Positions 27,605 through 42,757 of a stretch of 64,000 nt of DNA are shown in pieces. The stretch comes from Cyanophora paradoxa CCMP329 (Eukaryota; Plantae; Glaucophyta), in contig QPMI01000560.1 of the NCBI GenBank assembly GCA_004431415.1, positions 310,001 through 374,000 on the forward strand. Reading direction: 5' to 3'. Every line of letters begins with the position of its first letter. The stretch's first letter is position 1. A program made the translations under genes and the position numbers. The notes under the pieces were generated by a model. It saw only the letters and a program-made list of their open reading frames with translations. It was not told the origin of the DNA and ran no database searches.

Positions 27605-29869
27605 ATGAGCAGCGCTTCTGGCGCGGCGGCGGGCCCGTCGCAGGTACGCCAGGGCTTTCCTTAGCCTTTCCCTGCCTGCGCCCGCGGCCCTCGGTCGAGT
27701 TGCTCGCTCTCGTCTGACCGCCGGCCGCGTGCGCCGGCGTGGCTGCAGGCGGGGGATTCTTCATCAAGCAGGCAGCTCTCGACTGCTCAGCAGCGAGAGC
27801 GCGAAAGCAAGGACGACTGGGGCTCGAGGTGAGCTCGCGCGATCCCTAGCGCGAGCTCGCATCCGCCTTCGCGCTCTGAATCGACGGTGCATCGCAGGAC
27901 CGTCGATATCTTCGAGAAGGCGCGCCTAACGTGGCGCAGCTGAAGCGCGCGATTGGCGGCCTGCTGACCGGCCGCGCTCGGATCGCAGGTTGAACAAATC
28001 GGGGAGGGCACATACGGGTGCGAACGCTTGCGTACTCTTATTCAACAGCGACAACATTGAGCCCACGCTTCTCCTTTCCGCCGCGCAGCCAAGTGTACAG
28101 ATGTAAAAACAAGCAAACCGGAGAGATCGTGGCGCTGAAGAAGGTCCGGATGGACAACGAAAAGGAAGGGGTGAGGGCCTGCGAAGATGCGCCCCGCCCG
28201 GCGGCCGCTCAGCGCGCCCTGCGCAGTTCCCCATCACGGCCATCCGCGAGATCAAGATCCTGCGACAGCTGGACCACTCGAACGTGATCAAGCTAAAGGA
28301 GATCGTCACCTCTGCCGGTGCTCTCTTCCGCCGGCCTCTCCTAGGCGCGGCGCCGCGCTCATCGCTGGGGCGCAGTCACGGACTACAGCCGGAACAAGGG
28401 CAGCATCTACATGGTCTTCGAGTACATGGACCACGACCTGACCGGCCTGATGGACAGTGCGCCCCGAGCGGGGTGGAGGAGAGGCGCGCGCGCGCCTGCG
28501 GCCGCGCTGACCCCGCGGCCGCAGCGGGCATCAAGTTCACGGCGCCGCAAATCAAGTGCTACATGAAGCAGCTGCTGGAGGGCCTGCACTACTGCCACAC
28601 GAACCAGGTCCTCCATCGCGACATCAAGGGTTCGTCCCCCGAGACGCCCCCCGCCCCGCCCCGCCCCGCCCCCCGCTGCCCCGCTCCCATCCCCGGGCCG
28701 GGCGCCGGCCGACGAGGGCCGCAGGCTCCAACCTGCTCATCGACAACAAGGGGCAGCTGAAGCTGGCCGATTTCGGCCTGGCGCGCCCGTACAACGACCA
28801 GAACAAGGTGCGGCCCGCCGGCCGCCGGGCCCCGGGCGGCCGGCCGACGCTTGGGGCGGGCAGGACTACACGAACCGTGTGATCACGCTCTGGTACCGGC
28901 CGCCGGAGCTGCTGCTGGGGGCCACCTCGTACGGCCCCGCCATCGACATGTGGTCGGTCGGGTGCGCTCCCCCGCGTCGCCGGACGCGCGCGCGGGGCGG
29001 GGCACGACGCGGGCGGCAGGTGCATCTTCGCAGAACTGCTGACGCGGCGGCCGCTCTTCCCCGGCAAGAACGAGATCGACCAGCTCGACCAGATCTTCAA
29101 GAAGTGCGGTACCCCCGACGAGCAGTCCTGGCCCGGTGCGCCCGCGCGCCCCCCGCGCCCCAGAGGCCGGCGGGACGGGGTGGACGGGCGGCGGCAGAGG
29201 CGTCGAAGCTGCCGTGGTACCACATGTTCAAGCCGCAGCGGCCGATGCAGCGGCGCCTCATGGAGGACTTCAAGCAGTTCCAGCAAGTCCGGGAGTGCGC
29301 CCGCCGCCGCCCCCGCGTCCACCCGCGCGAGGCGCGGCGCCGACGAGGCGGCGGGCAGGTTCCCGATCACGGAGGGGGCGACGGCGCTGCTGGACAAGCT
29401 GCTGCAGCTGGACCCGAAGAAGCGCATCTCGGCGCACGACGCGCTGGACCACGAGTACTTCTGGATCGAGCCGCGCCCCTGCAACCCCGCCTCGCTCCCC
29501 ACCTACGAGTCCTCCCACGAGTACCAGACCAAGATGAAGCGCCAGCAGCAGCGCGAGAGCCGCCAGGGCGGCCCCGGCGGGCCCCCGCCCCCCTCCGTGC
29601 GCCCCGCCCCGCCCGCCCGCCCCTCCCCGCCCCCCGCCGCTGAGCGCCGCCTGCAGGGCTCCGCCCCGCCGCCCGGCCGGTCCGGCCCGCCGCCCGGCGG
29701 ACAGCAGCAGCGGCCCTCCGGGGTGAGCGCGACGCCCGCGCTCGAGCCCGCCCCGGCCGCTGACGTGCCGGCGCAGGGCCCGCCGCCGCCGGGCCCGCAG
29801 AACCCGCACATGAAGCGCGACGGCGGGGGCCCGCCCGGGCAGCCCGACCCCAAGCGCTTCCGCTCTTAG
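27605..29869 (+). CDS. CDKC: Cyclin-dependent kinase C (CDK9/12/13 class)
   Basis: IGEGTYG, DNEKEG|[47 protein letters not shown]. Confidence 0.95.
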
Positions 29870-30004
29870 AGAGAGCGCCCGGCCTGGAGCGTGGCCCGCC
29901 TAGGGGCCCGCACCCTCGGCAGTGTGGGAACGCGCTGCTCTCAATGAACGGATCGCAATTTCGAACGGGGGGGCGCGGGGAAGCGGGGTGCGGGGGGAGG
30001 GGCG

Positions 30005-31350
30005 TCAGGGGAGGATGCGCTGGAGGAAGGAGCGGATCTCGTCGATCTCCTCGGGGCAGGCGCTGTGGTCCATCCCCGCGAACTCGCTCCAGCTCGCGTT
30101 CCCGAAGCCCAGGCCCTGCGCGGCCGTCAGCGCGCCGCCGCGGCGGGCGCGCACGTGCGCGGGCTCGCCTTCAGTGCGGAATGCGTCTTCTTGCCCCTGC
30201 TCGCATCGTTAGCGCGAACCACGCATGGCAAGTCGCTTTCAAAAAGAGAAGAATGGCGTTCACCAGGTGGTGCGCACGACGGAATCTGCCCGGCGGTCAG
30301 GGGCGGGGCGCGGGAGGGGGCGGGGGCGGCAGGGGCGGCGGGGCGGACCCATGTCGCCGTGGCACTGGAGAATGGGGATGCCCTTGCGCCCCTCGAGGTC
30401 CGGGATCGCCTGCGGGGGCCCGGGGGCTCGCTCCGACGAAGGCGCGGGGCGGGGCGGGGCGGGCGGGGCGGGGCGGGCGCACGGCGGGGAACTTCTCGCT
30501 GAGGGGGAGCCAGCAGGAGAGGCCCACGATGCCCCCGAGGGTCTTGTTCGCCGTCAGGCCCGAGTACACTGCCGCTCAGGTGAGCGAAGGCGCGCGCAGG
30601 GCGGCGCGCGGGGGCGCACGGGCGATGGCGCCGCCCTGGGAGAAGCCGGCGAGCACTGGGCCTCGCGCGTCAAGTCGTGGAGGCAAGGGGCGGGGGCGGA
30701 CGAGGCGCGGGCCGGGCCACACCAATGCGGTTGGGGGCGATGCCCGCCTCGATCTCCTTGTCGACCATAGCGAGGATGCGCTTGCTCGTCGCCGTGATGC
30801 CCTGCGGGGGTACAGGCGTCGGAGACGCGCGCCGGGGTACGCGCTGGGCGGGCGGACCTCCTCGTCCTCGCGGGCCGTATCCGAGAGGCCGAAGATGTCG
30901 AACCACGCTACCCAGCCGGATTAGCACTTATCGCGTCAGGGTACAGGGATCCCAGGCTCCCGGCCGGACCGGGCATGGACATCCCCATGTTCAAGGTTAC
31001 GGGGCGGATCGCGGCCGTGGGGTAGACTGCCGCGCACAGGGTTCAGGGGAGAATGGTCGAAATATACGAGGGCGCTCACCGAACTTGACGTGAGGCATAG
31101 CAGACCCGAACATCTTACCCGTGTCAGACCAGCCCTTGCCGGTGTCCCCGAGGCCTGCGCGAGAACTAAGTGGCTCGCCTGCAGAGCTACCCCCCGCCTT
31201 GCCAGCAGCACACCGTGCATCCTGGCGCAGCGCTTAGCGATGCGGAGGCACGGGGAGACGCGGGGGCGGCGTGGGGGCGGCGCACCAGATGACCGTCGCG
31301 GAGTGCTTGCCCGCAGGCCCCACGATGATGTCGGGCATAGCGCCGGCCAT
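30005..31350 (-). CDS. Acyl-protein thioesterase / lysophospholipase (APT1/LYPLA-like)
   Basis: HSATVIW|..GLGDTG, PHVKF, APIRPVTLNMGMSM..WFD, GFSQG, LSCWLP, CHGD, GMDHSACPEE; start codon less certain. Confidence 0.88.
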
Positions 31351-31822
31351 TGTTTCTGCAGATACAGATGCGACGCTTCGGAACGCGGCTCTGCGTGCGT
31401 GTCAGCGCGAGGCTCTCGTCGACGGCGACACACATTCGCTTCTCCGTCACCGACCCCGGCGCCCGACCCCCCAAACGAGGGCGCAATGTCTAGCGATCGT
31501 ATTAAGAGCGAACCCGTTGTCCAAAACGACGCGGCGCCCGTTCCCGAGCGAGACGGAGCCCACGAGGACACCGCCGCAGAGAGCGAGGATGGCTACGAAC
31601 CCGGCTACAAGCGCTGCGGTGCGCAGGCTAGGTGGCATGCAAAGCGCCGAGCTGCTCGGCTGGGGCACTAGGGGGGGCAAGGCTGAGCTGGGTACAGCGC
31701 GCGGGGTTAGTAACACAGGCAGGTGCGGCGAACTGGGCTAGCTCGATCGGGCGCGCTTGCGCGGCCCCCTGATCGCTCTGGAAGTGTGAGGCTTGAGCTT
31801 ACATAGGGCCTCGGCAGGCAAG

Positions 31823-33080
31823 ATGGTGAAGAAGACTCAGAGGAAGTCGAGGAACCCGGTGCGCCAGTCACGCAGGCGGCATGCATCGAGCAATCAGCAT
31901 ATACACTAGATAGCGCTGGATCTCTTGTTCGCGCGCTCATCGAACGCCCGCTTGCCCCGCCCTGCAGGAGCTCATCCGGGGCATTGGCCGCCTGTCCCGG
32001 ACGGCCATGTACACTAAGGCCCGCCGGTGGACTAAGGCGAAGAAGCAGCCCACCAAGAAGGCTGGTGCGCACCACGCGCCCCTCACGCCGAGCGCTCGCG
32101 AGCGGTGCAGGCGCCTGGCTCACGCAGTGCACCTGCAGTGGCTGCCCCGGCCCCGAAGGTGAAGCAGATCAAGGGCGACAAGAACGGCAAGACTCGCACG
32201 ATCCTGCCGAAGGCGCCCAAGTACTACCCGGCTGAGGATACTCCCAAGCCCCTGAACCGCCACAAGACCCTGAAGCCCACGAAGCTCCGCGCTTCGATCG
32301 TCCCGGGCACGGTTCTGATCGTTCTTGCTGGCCGCTACCGTGGCAAGCGCGTCGTCTTCCTGAAGCAGCTCGCGTCGGGCCTCCTCCTCGTCACCGGTTC
32401 GTAGCAGCAACAGCGGGCAGCGGGAGCTAGCCAGAGCTGCGGGATCGGTGGATCGGCGATGCAGATCAGCGCTAGCGCTTTCGGCGTAGCACCCGCGTGA
32501 GCCTCCCATGGCGTCGGGCCGGGCCCCACTCTATCGCCCATGCGCCGCCGCCCCCGCCAACGCCGCGCCGTCCCCGAGCGAGTGTCTCTGGGCTGCCGCT
32601 AAGGTTCCTCTCTTTTGCGGCGCGCAGGCCCGTACAAGCTGAACGGCGTCCCTCTCCGCCGTGTGAACCAGTCGTACGTGATCGCGACCTCCACCAAGGT
32701 CGATGTGTCCAAGGTCGACGTGAAGAAATTCGACGACAACTACTTCAAGAAGCCGAAGGCGGCCGCCGCCAAGAAGGGCGAGGATGCGTTCTTCCAGAGC
32801 GAGGAGAAGGCGCGCCGCACGCCCCGCCCCGCGCGCGCCGCCCCTCGCTCACGGCCGCCGCAGAAGAAGGAGATCAAGCCTGAGCGCAAGACCGACCAGA
32901 AGGCCGTCGACGCCTCGATCATCGCGGCGGTGAAGAAGGACAAGGTCCTCCGCGCCTACCTCCACGCCCGGGTCCGCCCCACCCCCGCCCCGTCCGACGC
33001 CCGCCCGCGCCCCTCTGACCCCGCCCGCCCCGCAGTTCACCCTCACCAAGGGCCAGTTCCCCCACGAGATGAAGTTCTAA
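31823..33080 (+). CDS. RPL6: 60S ribosomal protein L6 (eL6)
   Basis: SRNP|[70 protein letters not shown]. Confidence 0.97.
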
Positions 33081-33490
33081 GCGCCCCCACGCGCTAGGGA
33101 CTCAGCTTCCGGTTGTTCTGCCTGACGAATACCACCACTGCCTGCTTCCTTTCAATCCCCGCGTCCCACTGCTGCGCCTCAGGCGTCTGGTTGTGCTCGG
33201 GGCGCTTGTCGGCGAGTTGTCGCCTAGGGGAGGCACTGGGGGTCTGGAGGGCCGAGGTGTCCGAGTGCATTGGAACCCAGTAATCGATTTCGCGAGGGGC
33301 GGGGTCGGCGAAGCGGGCCGGGGTTAGTACCAGGCAGATTCGGATCGACACGGCTGGTGTGCTCGGCACGCGACCTCTTGATTGCTCAGAAAGCAGCCGA
33401 GATATTGAAGAAAACACAGGAAGTGGCCGAACAGAAGAGCGAAGGCAGAGGGAGAGGGAGAGGGGGCGGGAGGGGTACGCCGGGGGCCGG

Positions 33491-36400
33491 CTAGAGGCGG
33501 ACGTACTGGTCGTAGAGGAGGGAGCGGACGCGGAAGAAGTCCTCCCCGATGGGGCCCTCCAGCACCACCCGCTGCTGCTCGCTCGCCTGCCCTGAGGTAA
33601 GAGGCGGGAGGGAGGGAGGGAAGAGGGGCCCGGGCGGCGCGCCTTGCGGACGACGATCTGGCCGTTGCAGAGGAGCGCGTTCTGCACCGCGAACTCGGCG
33701 TGCACGCCCGCCGTCGAGAGCACCTGGGGGCGGGCGGGCGAAGGTCAGGCCGAGGCGGGGCGGGGCGGGGCGGGGCGGGGCCGGTCCGGGGCTGCCGGGG
33801 GGCACCTGCTTGAAGTCGGAGAGGCGGACGTCGCCGACAAGGATGGAGGCGTGCGGCTTGGCGAGGGCGGGGGGCACGGCGTCCAGCACGGGCAGGCCCA
33901 CCATCTCCTCCGGCAGCGTCGCCTGCCCCCCCGCCAGCCCGTTCGCCTCGGAGGAAGAAGAGGGCAGAGGGGGGCGGGTGCGCGGACGGCGGCGTCGAGG
34001 TAGGCGACGTCGTACTGGCCGATGCCGTGGAACTCGAGCGAGGCCATCAGGCTCTCCTTCAGCTTCACCTGCGCCCCCACGCCCGCCCGCCCCGCTCAGC
34101 GGCCCGCCCGCCCGCCGCCTTCCGGTGGCCGCCTGGCGGGGGTTGTCCCTAACGCGCCTTGTAGACCTGGGACTCCGAGGTGACGTTGGAGCGCTCGCCG
34201 TTGCTAGGCGCGATCACGCTCGGGACGATGTGTTTCGAGCAGTACGCCGCCAGCGCCACCGTCGCCTCCTCGCTCCCGTGCACGAGGATCTGCGGGGGCG
34301 CTCGGCGGGGGCGGCGGGGGCGGGCGGGGCGGAGGGGCAGGGGGCGGACGATCTTGCGGGGGGCGACGTGGCGAAGGATGTTCTTGAGGCTCCCGCCGTC
34401 GGAGCGACCCTCGAAGTCGATGAAGGTGACCCCCGCCCGCACGTCGATCTGCCGGCCCCGCTCCGGCCCCGCCGCCGCCGAGCGAGGCGGAGGAGACGGC
34501 ACCTCGACCTCGCGGACGACGCACTTGGTGGGGACCTCCGGCTTGGCCTCGGGCGGCTTGTTCAGCGCCTCGAAGTCCGACGCCCCGGGCCCCCCGTCCT
34601 GCGCCCCGCCCCGCCTCACCCCCCGCGCGAGGGCGGGGCGCGCACGCGCAGGGCGCGCACGGCCTTGTCGCCGTCGGCGGGCTGGCCGGCGCCGGGCCCG
34701 CCGGAGGAGGAGGAGGCGCCGGGCCCGCTGCTGGAGGCGGCGGCGAAGGCGGCGAGGAGCGCGGGGTCCAGCACCTCGCCGTAGTCGTCCCACTTCCGCC
34801 GCGTCTCCAGCTGCCCCCGCCCCCCTCAGCAGCGCCGGCGCGGCGGGGCCGGGCCGGGCCGGCGGCCGGGCGCACGTGTCTGTACATCTTGTGCACGCGC
34901 TGCTGCTGGTGGCTCTTCCGCTTGGCCGCCGGCGCCCGCGCGGAGGAGGCGGAGGCGGTGCGGGCGGGGGCGGCGGCGGCGGGGACGGGGGCCGGGGAGG
35001 GCCCCGGGGCGCCGGGCTCGTCGATCTCGACGACAGGCTCCTCGTCGTCGTCCTCGAGGGCGGTGTCGGTGAGGACCTGCAGCCGCCGCTTCCGCTCCTC
35101 CCGCTCCCGCTCCTCCCGCTCCCGCCGCAGGTGCTCCTCCAGCTCGGCCCCCTCGAGCGGCACGCGGCACCGGAGCGGGAAGCGGAGGCGGCCGCGCGGC
35201 GCGGCGAGGAGGCGCTCGGCGAGGGAGCCGGGGGGGCCGCGGGAGGGGAGGATGATGGAGTTGGCGGGGTTGGCGCCCCACTCGGCGAGGAGCTGCTGGG
35301 AGAAGCCGCAGTCGAGGGAGACGGGGGTGGCGAGGAGGACCATGGGGTGGGGCACGCGGGCGAGCTCCTCGCGGTCGTGCACGAGGCGCACGTTGCGGAA
35401 CTGGAAGGGGTTCTCCCGCACCGAGTTGAACGCCCGCACGATCTCGTCGCTGCACCACTCGATCATGCTCTGCCCGCCCCGGCCCCGCCCGTCAGCCGAG
35501 GAAGGCGGCGGCTTGCGAGGCCGGCGGGGCGGGCGGGGGGGGGCACCTGGGCGAAGGAGACGGTGCGGTAGGCGACCTTGTGGAGGAAGACGATGGGGTA
35601 CTGCGCCAGCCCCGATTGCCGGTTCGCCGTCCAGTACGCGTCCAGCAGCAGCAGGATCTGCCACGGCTCGCTCGGGCAGCGGGGCGGGGCGGACGGGGCA
35701 GCGCGGACCTCGAGGGAGCGGCCGGCGGCGTCCGTGGGGATCAGCACGCTCCCGCCCCGCCGCAGGGCCGGCAGGATCGTCTCTGCGCCCCCCGCCATCG
35801 GGCCGGGGCGACGCGCGGGCGGCGGGGCGGGCGGGGCGGACCGATGAGGCTCTGGTCGCGCTTGCCGCGGGGGATGGTGGAGGCCTGGAGGGCGTTGCGG
35901 GCGTCGGTGATGAGGAGCGTGGGGCGCGTGAAGGTCTCCAGCACGGTGCCGTTGAGGCAGCGCTCCTTCCGGTGGTTGTAGTCCACCGCGTACACGATCT
36001 CCTCGTTCTCCTTCCCGATCTTCCACACCGTGCCCCCCAGCATGTGCCCCGCCGCGTACGGCGTCACCTCCACCCCGGCCCCCTTGCCTGCCCCGCCCGC
36101 CCTCAGCGACGGCGCGGGGGCTGCGGAGCGGGGCGGCGGGTGCGGCGCGCCCTTGAGCTTGACGTGCTGCGAGTACTTGACCTGCTGGCAGAGCTCGAAG
36201 GCCGCGTCCACGTCGTCGAGGCTGAAGAGGGCGAACTCCTCGCCCTGCCCCCGGCCCCCCGCCTCGGCTCCTGGCCTCGAAGCGGCGACCCCGGAGCGGC
36301 GCGGCGGGCGGCGCACGAGCTTGCGGGACTCGTGGGCGTCGTACATGGCCATCTGGCCCATCTTGATGACCGGGTAGGTCGCGTAGACGGGCGCCCGCAT

Positions 36401-36822
36401 GCCGAGCTTCCCCACCGCGTACGGCAGCGCCCCCAGGTGCGTGATGTCCGGGTGCGAGAGCAGCACCGCGTCGATCTTCGAGGCGACCCTGCGGCACGGG
36501 CGGCGCGGCGGCGGGCTCGCCTCAGCGCCGTCCGGAGAAACGGAGCGCGAGCCCCGCGCACTTCTTTAGGGGCTCCAGCATCTTCGGATCGAACTCATCG
36601 TTCCAGCCGCAGTCCAGCAGGATGCAGAAGTCGTCGATCTCTGCGGCGGCCGGTGCGTCGGCATCGGCGGGTCGGGGCGATCTACAGGAGCGCGCACCGA
36701 GCAAGTACGCGAGCGGCTGCTCCGAGAGCGCACCACCCGTCAGCGGCGTGAACTGCGGGCTCGTCAGCGATCTGGCGCGGCGCAGACGGGCGCGAGATGT
36801 GACGAACCTGCACGGAGGCCAT
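33491..36822 (-). CDS. CPSF2: Cleavage and polyadenylation specificity factor subunit 2 (CPSF100)
   Basis: [80 protein letters not shown]. Confidence 0.95.
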
Positions 36823-37139
36823 CTCGAATGAGCGGGCTGCCGCCGGTTCGGCGGCCTGGCCCCGCGAGGCCGCGCGAAGCGAAGCGAGCCCGCACGAAGC
36901 GGAACCCTAGACGCGGCAAGGGCGGCCGGGGGCCGCGCGATTTACGATCTCCTCTGCCTCGAGCTAGCGCTGAAGAGGCGTGCGGGCCGCCGTAGACGGG
37001 TCGCAAAACAATTGGGGTACGGGAATGCCACGTTGCAATCCCCCAGGGACCCCCACCCGCAGGGGGGTAGTGAGGAAGAGGCCGAGTAGAACTCGCTCGT
37101 TGGTGGTTGCCTCCGGCGCGCTCTCACCGACAGTCCAAA

Positions 37140-38266
<1,127 letters not shown>

Positions 38267-38486
38267 TTCCTTTCCCGTCCGCCGCGGCTCCCCTCGCTGT
38301 AGATCCCCTCCTCCACGCAGAACAAATGAAAAATTAGCAGAGCGCACCCCTTCCTCCGCTCTGCCGCAGGTTGTCGTGTACATCTATCTTTCAAAACTGA
38401 ACCCTTTTTGCGCTATCTGTCTCTTCCAAGTTCGTATCAACTAAAAAGAGCCCACGCTACCTGAGGGTGCCTGGCCTAGCTAGCCC

Positions 38487-40583
38487 CTAGAAGTTCTCGT
38501 TGTCGGATATCTGGACCTGGATCGGAGTTCAAAATAGCTTCTTCAGTCAGGCGGGAATGTGAAGCATGCAAACCGCGGTGTCGTTTGGGTCTGTGAAGGT
38601 TGAGAACGTCCCGAGGCCTGCGGGCGAGGTCAGGGTAAGAGGGCGGCCCAGGGTCGGGGTCGAACCGCGGATCTCCTGGCGAGTGGCGGTGAACTCGACC
38701 CTCGCTTCTGTTATAACTTAGCAAGGGTGAAGAACACGGGTCTCCTCGCGATCGGGTACCTTTCAAGAACTCTATCGACTTGTTCAAGTTCGGCACCAGC
38801 AGGTCTGCCGGCCGTGGCCGCCGGGCCGGTTCGGGAGGGGCGGGGCGGGCGGGGCGGCCGGGCGGCCGGGCGGGGCGCACTGATGCCGACGAAAAACTCG
38901 TTGGAGCCGTGGATCATCTCGTGCGTCTCCTTCGGCGTCTGCGCATGCCGGCCCCCGTGAGCCAGGGGCCGGGGCGCCGGGCAGTTACAGTTGGGGGATC
39001 GCGGCACCTCCATGAGGCAGACGGTGAGGTGCGTGGCGCGGTCGCCGCAGCCCAGCCAGTACATCGAGAGGTTCTCTGGCGGGGCCGTCGGGAAGGGATG
39101 GAGGCGAGGGGCGGCGGGGGCGCGCCCTGCGCGAAGATCTCCTTGTCGACGACGCGGAAGCCCTCGCGGTCGAAGGCCCCGCCCCCGCCCCCCTCCTCGT
39201 CGTCCCCTTCCACCTCCCCGAGCCGCGCCGCCGCCAGCGCCTGGCTCGCCCGCTCCTCCGCCGGCGACGACCGCCCCGAGAGGCCCCCCTGCCGCCCCGC
39301 CCTCAGCGGGGGGCGGGGCAGGGCGGGGCGGGGTGGGGCGGGCAGCGCGCCGAGGTCGGGCCGCGGTTGACGGCGCTGCTGGCGAGACCCCTGGGGGACT
39401 TGGCTCCGCCAGCCGCGGCGTCCTTCTGGAAGAACTGCGCGGGCGTCAGAGCGGCGCGTCTGGGGCCCGGAGCTCCCCGGGGGCGCGCCTGCTCGAAGAG
39501 GGACTGGGCGCTCGTCTTCGAGAAGATGCGGTGGTAGAAGGCGATCTGCGGCCCGCCGTGGGCGGCGGACGGCGGGGGCGAGGGGCCCGGGACGGCGGTG
39601 CGGGGCCCACCGTCTCTTGGAGGTTGCTGCGCGGCGCGGGCGGGGTCAGAAAGGCAGGAGGAGGCGCGGGCAGGGGGCGGGCGCGGGCGGGGCGCCTGCA
39701 GGGGATGGAGACGTAGCCAAGGCGGACGTTCCAGCTGGGGCCCTCGTCGTAGAGCTGCGGTCCGGCTCTGGCTGGAGGGGAGCGAGGGGGCCGGGGCGGG
39801 GCGGGGCGGGGCGGACGCGGGTCTTGAGCTGGCGCTCCTCGGCCTGGACGAGGCGCACGGAGACGCCATTCGGGTCCCGCACCAGCGCCGTCTTCACCCC
39901 GTAGAAGTCCTGCCCCGCCCCGCCACGCCTCGGCTCGGCTCTGAAGCGTGCACGGGCCGCGGGCCCCGCGCCAAGCCGCACCGTCGGCGGGATCTCGAAC
40001 TCGAAGCGCGCGTCCCTGAAGCGCCCGGCGATGACATGCAGCTTGCGCACGTAGAACACGAGGAACCACTTCCCGCCCCGCAGCTCCTTCGGCGGTGTGA
40101 TGCCCTGCAGTGCATGGGCGGCGGCCGGCTACGGAGTGAAAGCAAGGGCAACTGCGGCAGCTTCCCACCTTCTCGTGCTCGAGACGGATTCCGTAGTAGA
40201 AGCCCTACGCAAGCGCTTAGCGGCTGCGCGGAGCGGAGGGAGTGCAGCGCAACCGGACCCTCATCTCGCGGGGCTCGAGGTTCAGCTTGCTAAGGTCGGG
40301 CTTCGGGTGCGCGTAGTACAGGTACTCGTGTGTATCCGTTTCTACCTGCGCACGCTCTCAGCGGTGCGGCCAGAGCCTGGCCCTACCGGCCGCAGCAGCG
40401 CCAGATCACCCGTTTCTGCTGCTGCATCCCCAGGCACTCGCCATAGAACGTATGGCAGCGCTCCTTGTCGAAGCACTGGAAGCGCAGCAACTTCAGATGC
40501 ACCGACTCCTGCGAGGGGAGATCAAATTCGCTGTGCGAGCTGACGATGAGCACGAGGTATTCGGGCTTCGCGGCGCGCACCAT
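38487..40583 (-). CDS. Tandem VOC/glyoxalase-fold protein
   Basis: CHTFYGECLGM, ALVRDPNGVSVRL, RLGYVSIP..IAFYHRIF, LVPNLNKSIEFLK, FTDPNDTA|VQI: two VOC-like repeats. Confidence 0.65.
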
Positions 40584-40689
40584 TGCCACTTCTAAGCGTC
40601 ACCCTCGCGCGTCGCGCTCCGCTGCTCCCTCATTGCATGTGCTGGAGCCTGGAGGGCGGCCGTACCCTCCTACGTGTTGAAGCCTAGCC

Positions 40690-42757
40690 ATGAACGCATT
40701 CACAACGACCCCAGTGCCGTCGAGCAGGCGTCATTCGCATGCGCCGAAGCTAACATTCTCTTCGGCACTGGCGCCGCATCCCGTGGAGGCGCGCAGGCGG
40801 CGGCGCGCGAATCCCGAGATCGGCAGTGCGCCAGCTACCACAGCATCCTCGTCGTCGTCTGCTCCTGCGACGTCGACCTCGCCCTCCCCGCGCCCCCGGG
40901 CGCCAAGGCCCATCAAGCGGTGCCCAGCACGTGCTCGCGCAGCTGCAGCACACCCGGCGCCCCCGCGGCCCTCGTGATGCCCATCGCAGCGTCAAGCCGA
41001 GGATTCTTGTTGTCGGCGGCTCGGGCCGAGTCGGTTCAGCAGTGGGTGCGCTAGCGCTCCCTCCTTTCGAGAGTCGCAGCTCACATCGGCGGCAGCGCGC
41101 AACCTGCAGCGGCTCTACTTCGATGAGTGCGACATATACCTCGCTGGGCGCACGCGCCAGAAGCTGGATCGGGTGGCGAAGTCGGTGGGGGCCGCCGCGA
41201 CGTACGACCTGGACTACACGAACCATGCCGCACTGGAGGACGCGATGCGGGAGTGCTCCGCTGACATCGGTGAGGGCAAGCGCTCCGCGGTGCAAAGGAG
41301 GCGCCGCGCGCCGTGCTGCCGTCTAATCGCGGCCCGGGCTCATGGCCGGCCTTCGTCGCAGTGGTGCACACGGCGGGCCCGTTCCAGCAGCTGGAGCACA
41401 ACGACGTGCTGCAGGTGGCGCTGCAGCGGCACGTGCCGTACGTGGACGTCTGCGACGACCTGCACCTCGCCCAGCACGGCAAGAAGCTCTTCTCCGAGCA
41501 GGCCATCCTCGACGGCGTGCGCGCCCCCGCCTCGCCCCCCGCGTCTCCGCGCCCCTCACCGCCACCGCAGATCCCCTGCGTGGTCTCCGTCGGGTGCGGC
41601 CCCGGTCCCTTCCATCGCCCCCTCCCCCTCGCCACGCCGCTTGAGCCGCCTGCGCCAGGGCCTTCCCGGGGATCACGAACCTGATGGCGGCGCACCTGAT
41701 CGAGGAGGGCGGCGGCGCCCGCTCCGTCGACGTCCGCCCCCGCCCCGCGCCCTGTGGCCCGTCCCCCGCTGATCGCCCGCCCCGCCCCAGTTCAACTACT
41801 TCTGCGCCGGCTCGGGGGGCGCCGGCGACGCCGTCATGAGCGCCACGGTCCGCCCCCGCCGCCCCGCCCTCGAGGCCGGCCCCGCTCTGGGCTGACGGTG
41901 CCGGGCCCGGGGCCAGTTTCTGCTGCTGGCGGAGTCGGTGGTGTCGTACGTGAACGGGGTGGCGGTGCAGGCGCCGCCCTACTCGGACCGCAAGCGCGTC
42001 GACTTCGGCGAGGGCGTCGGCGAGCGCTCCACCTTCCTCTACGAGGCGCGTCCGCCCCGCGCCCCTCGCCGTGTTTCGTCGCACCCCCGACGGACCCCAC
42101 CCCGCCGCAGCTGCCGGAGACGACGCAGATCCACGGGACGTACAAGGTGCCCAACGTGACGGCGCGCTTCGGGACGGCCCCGGAGGCGTGGAACTACGCC
42201 ACGAAGATGGTGGCCGAGCTGGCGCCCCGCGAGATGCTGCGGGACCGCGCCCGCGTGCTCCAGTTCGTGCGCTTCATCAACCCCCTCATCCGCCTCGTCG
42301 ACCCCTTCGTCGGCACCAAGATCGCCATGCGCGTCGACGTGCGCGCGCGCCGCGACCCCCCGCCCCCCTCTTCTTCGCCCCTCAAAGCGAGGGGGCAGGT
42401 GGAGGGGGCGGACGGGGCGCGGCGGCGGGCGATCTACACGCACGAGGACACCGTCGAGGCCGCCGTGCGCCCCCCGCCGCCCCGCCCCGCCCCGCCCCTC
42501 GCCCTTCCTCTTAGAGGGCGCTCCAGGGCCTCGGGGGCGCGGCGTTCGCGGCGATGGTGCTGGCGGGGCGCGTGAGCCCGGGGGTCCACTTCCCCGAGCA
42601 GGCCGTCCGCAACGCCACCGACCGCCAGGTCCGCCCCCCGCCCGCCCCGCCGGGGGGCCCCGCCCCTGGCCGTAAGCTAAGCTGACGGTCCGGCGCGCAG
42701 GAGCTGTTCGACTTCACGAAGGTCCCCGGCACCGCCGGCTACTCCTTCTGGTCCTAG
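40690..42757 (+). CDS. Saccharopine dehydrogenase-like oxidoreductase, probably plastid-targeted
   Basis: MNAF- Ser/Arg-rich presequence; ILVVGGSGRVG; VVHTAGPF; YVDVCDD; AGSGGAG; RFGTAP; GVHFPE. Confidence 0.85.

Noticed and set aside
31486-31671. Short acidic ORF MSSDRIKSEPVV.. between the thioesterase and RPL6
   Set aside because: No recognisable family or convincing downstream exon; it lies in a divergent promoter region.
32397-32627. Longer RPL6 intron as a snoRNA host
   Set aside because: No clear C/D or H/ACA boxes seen.
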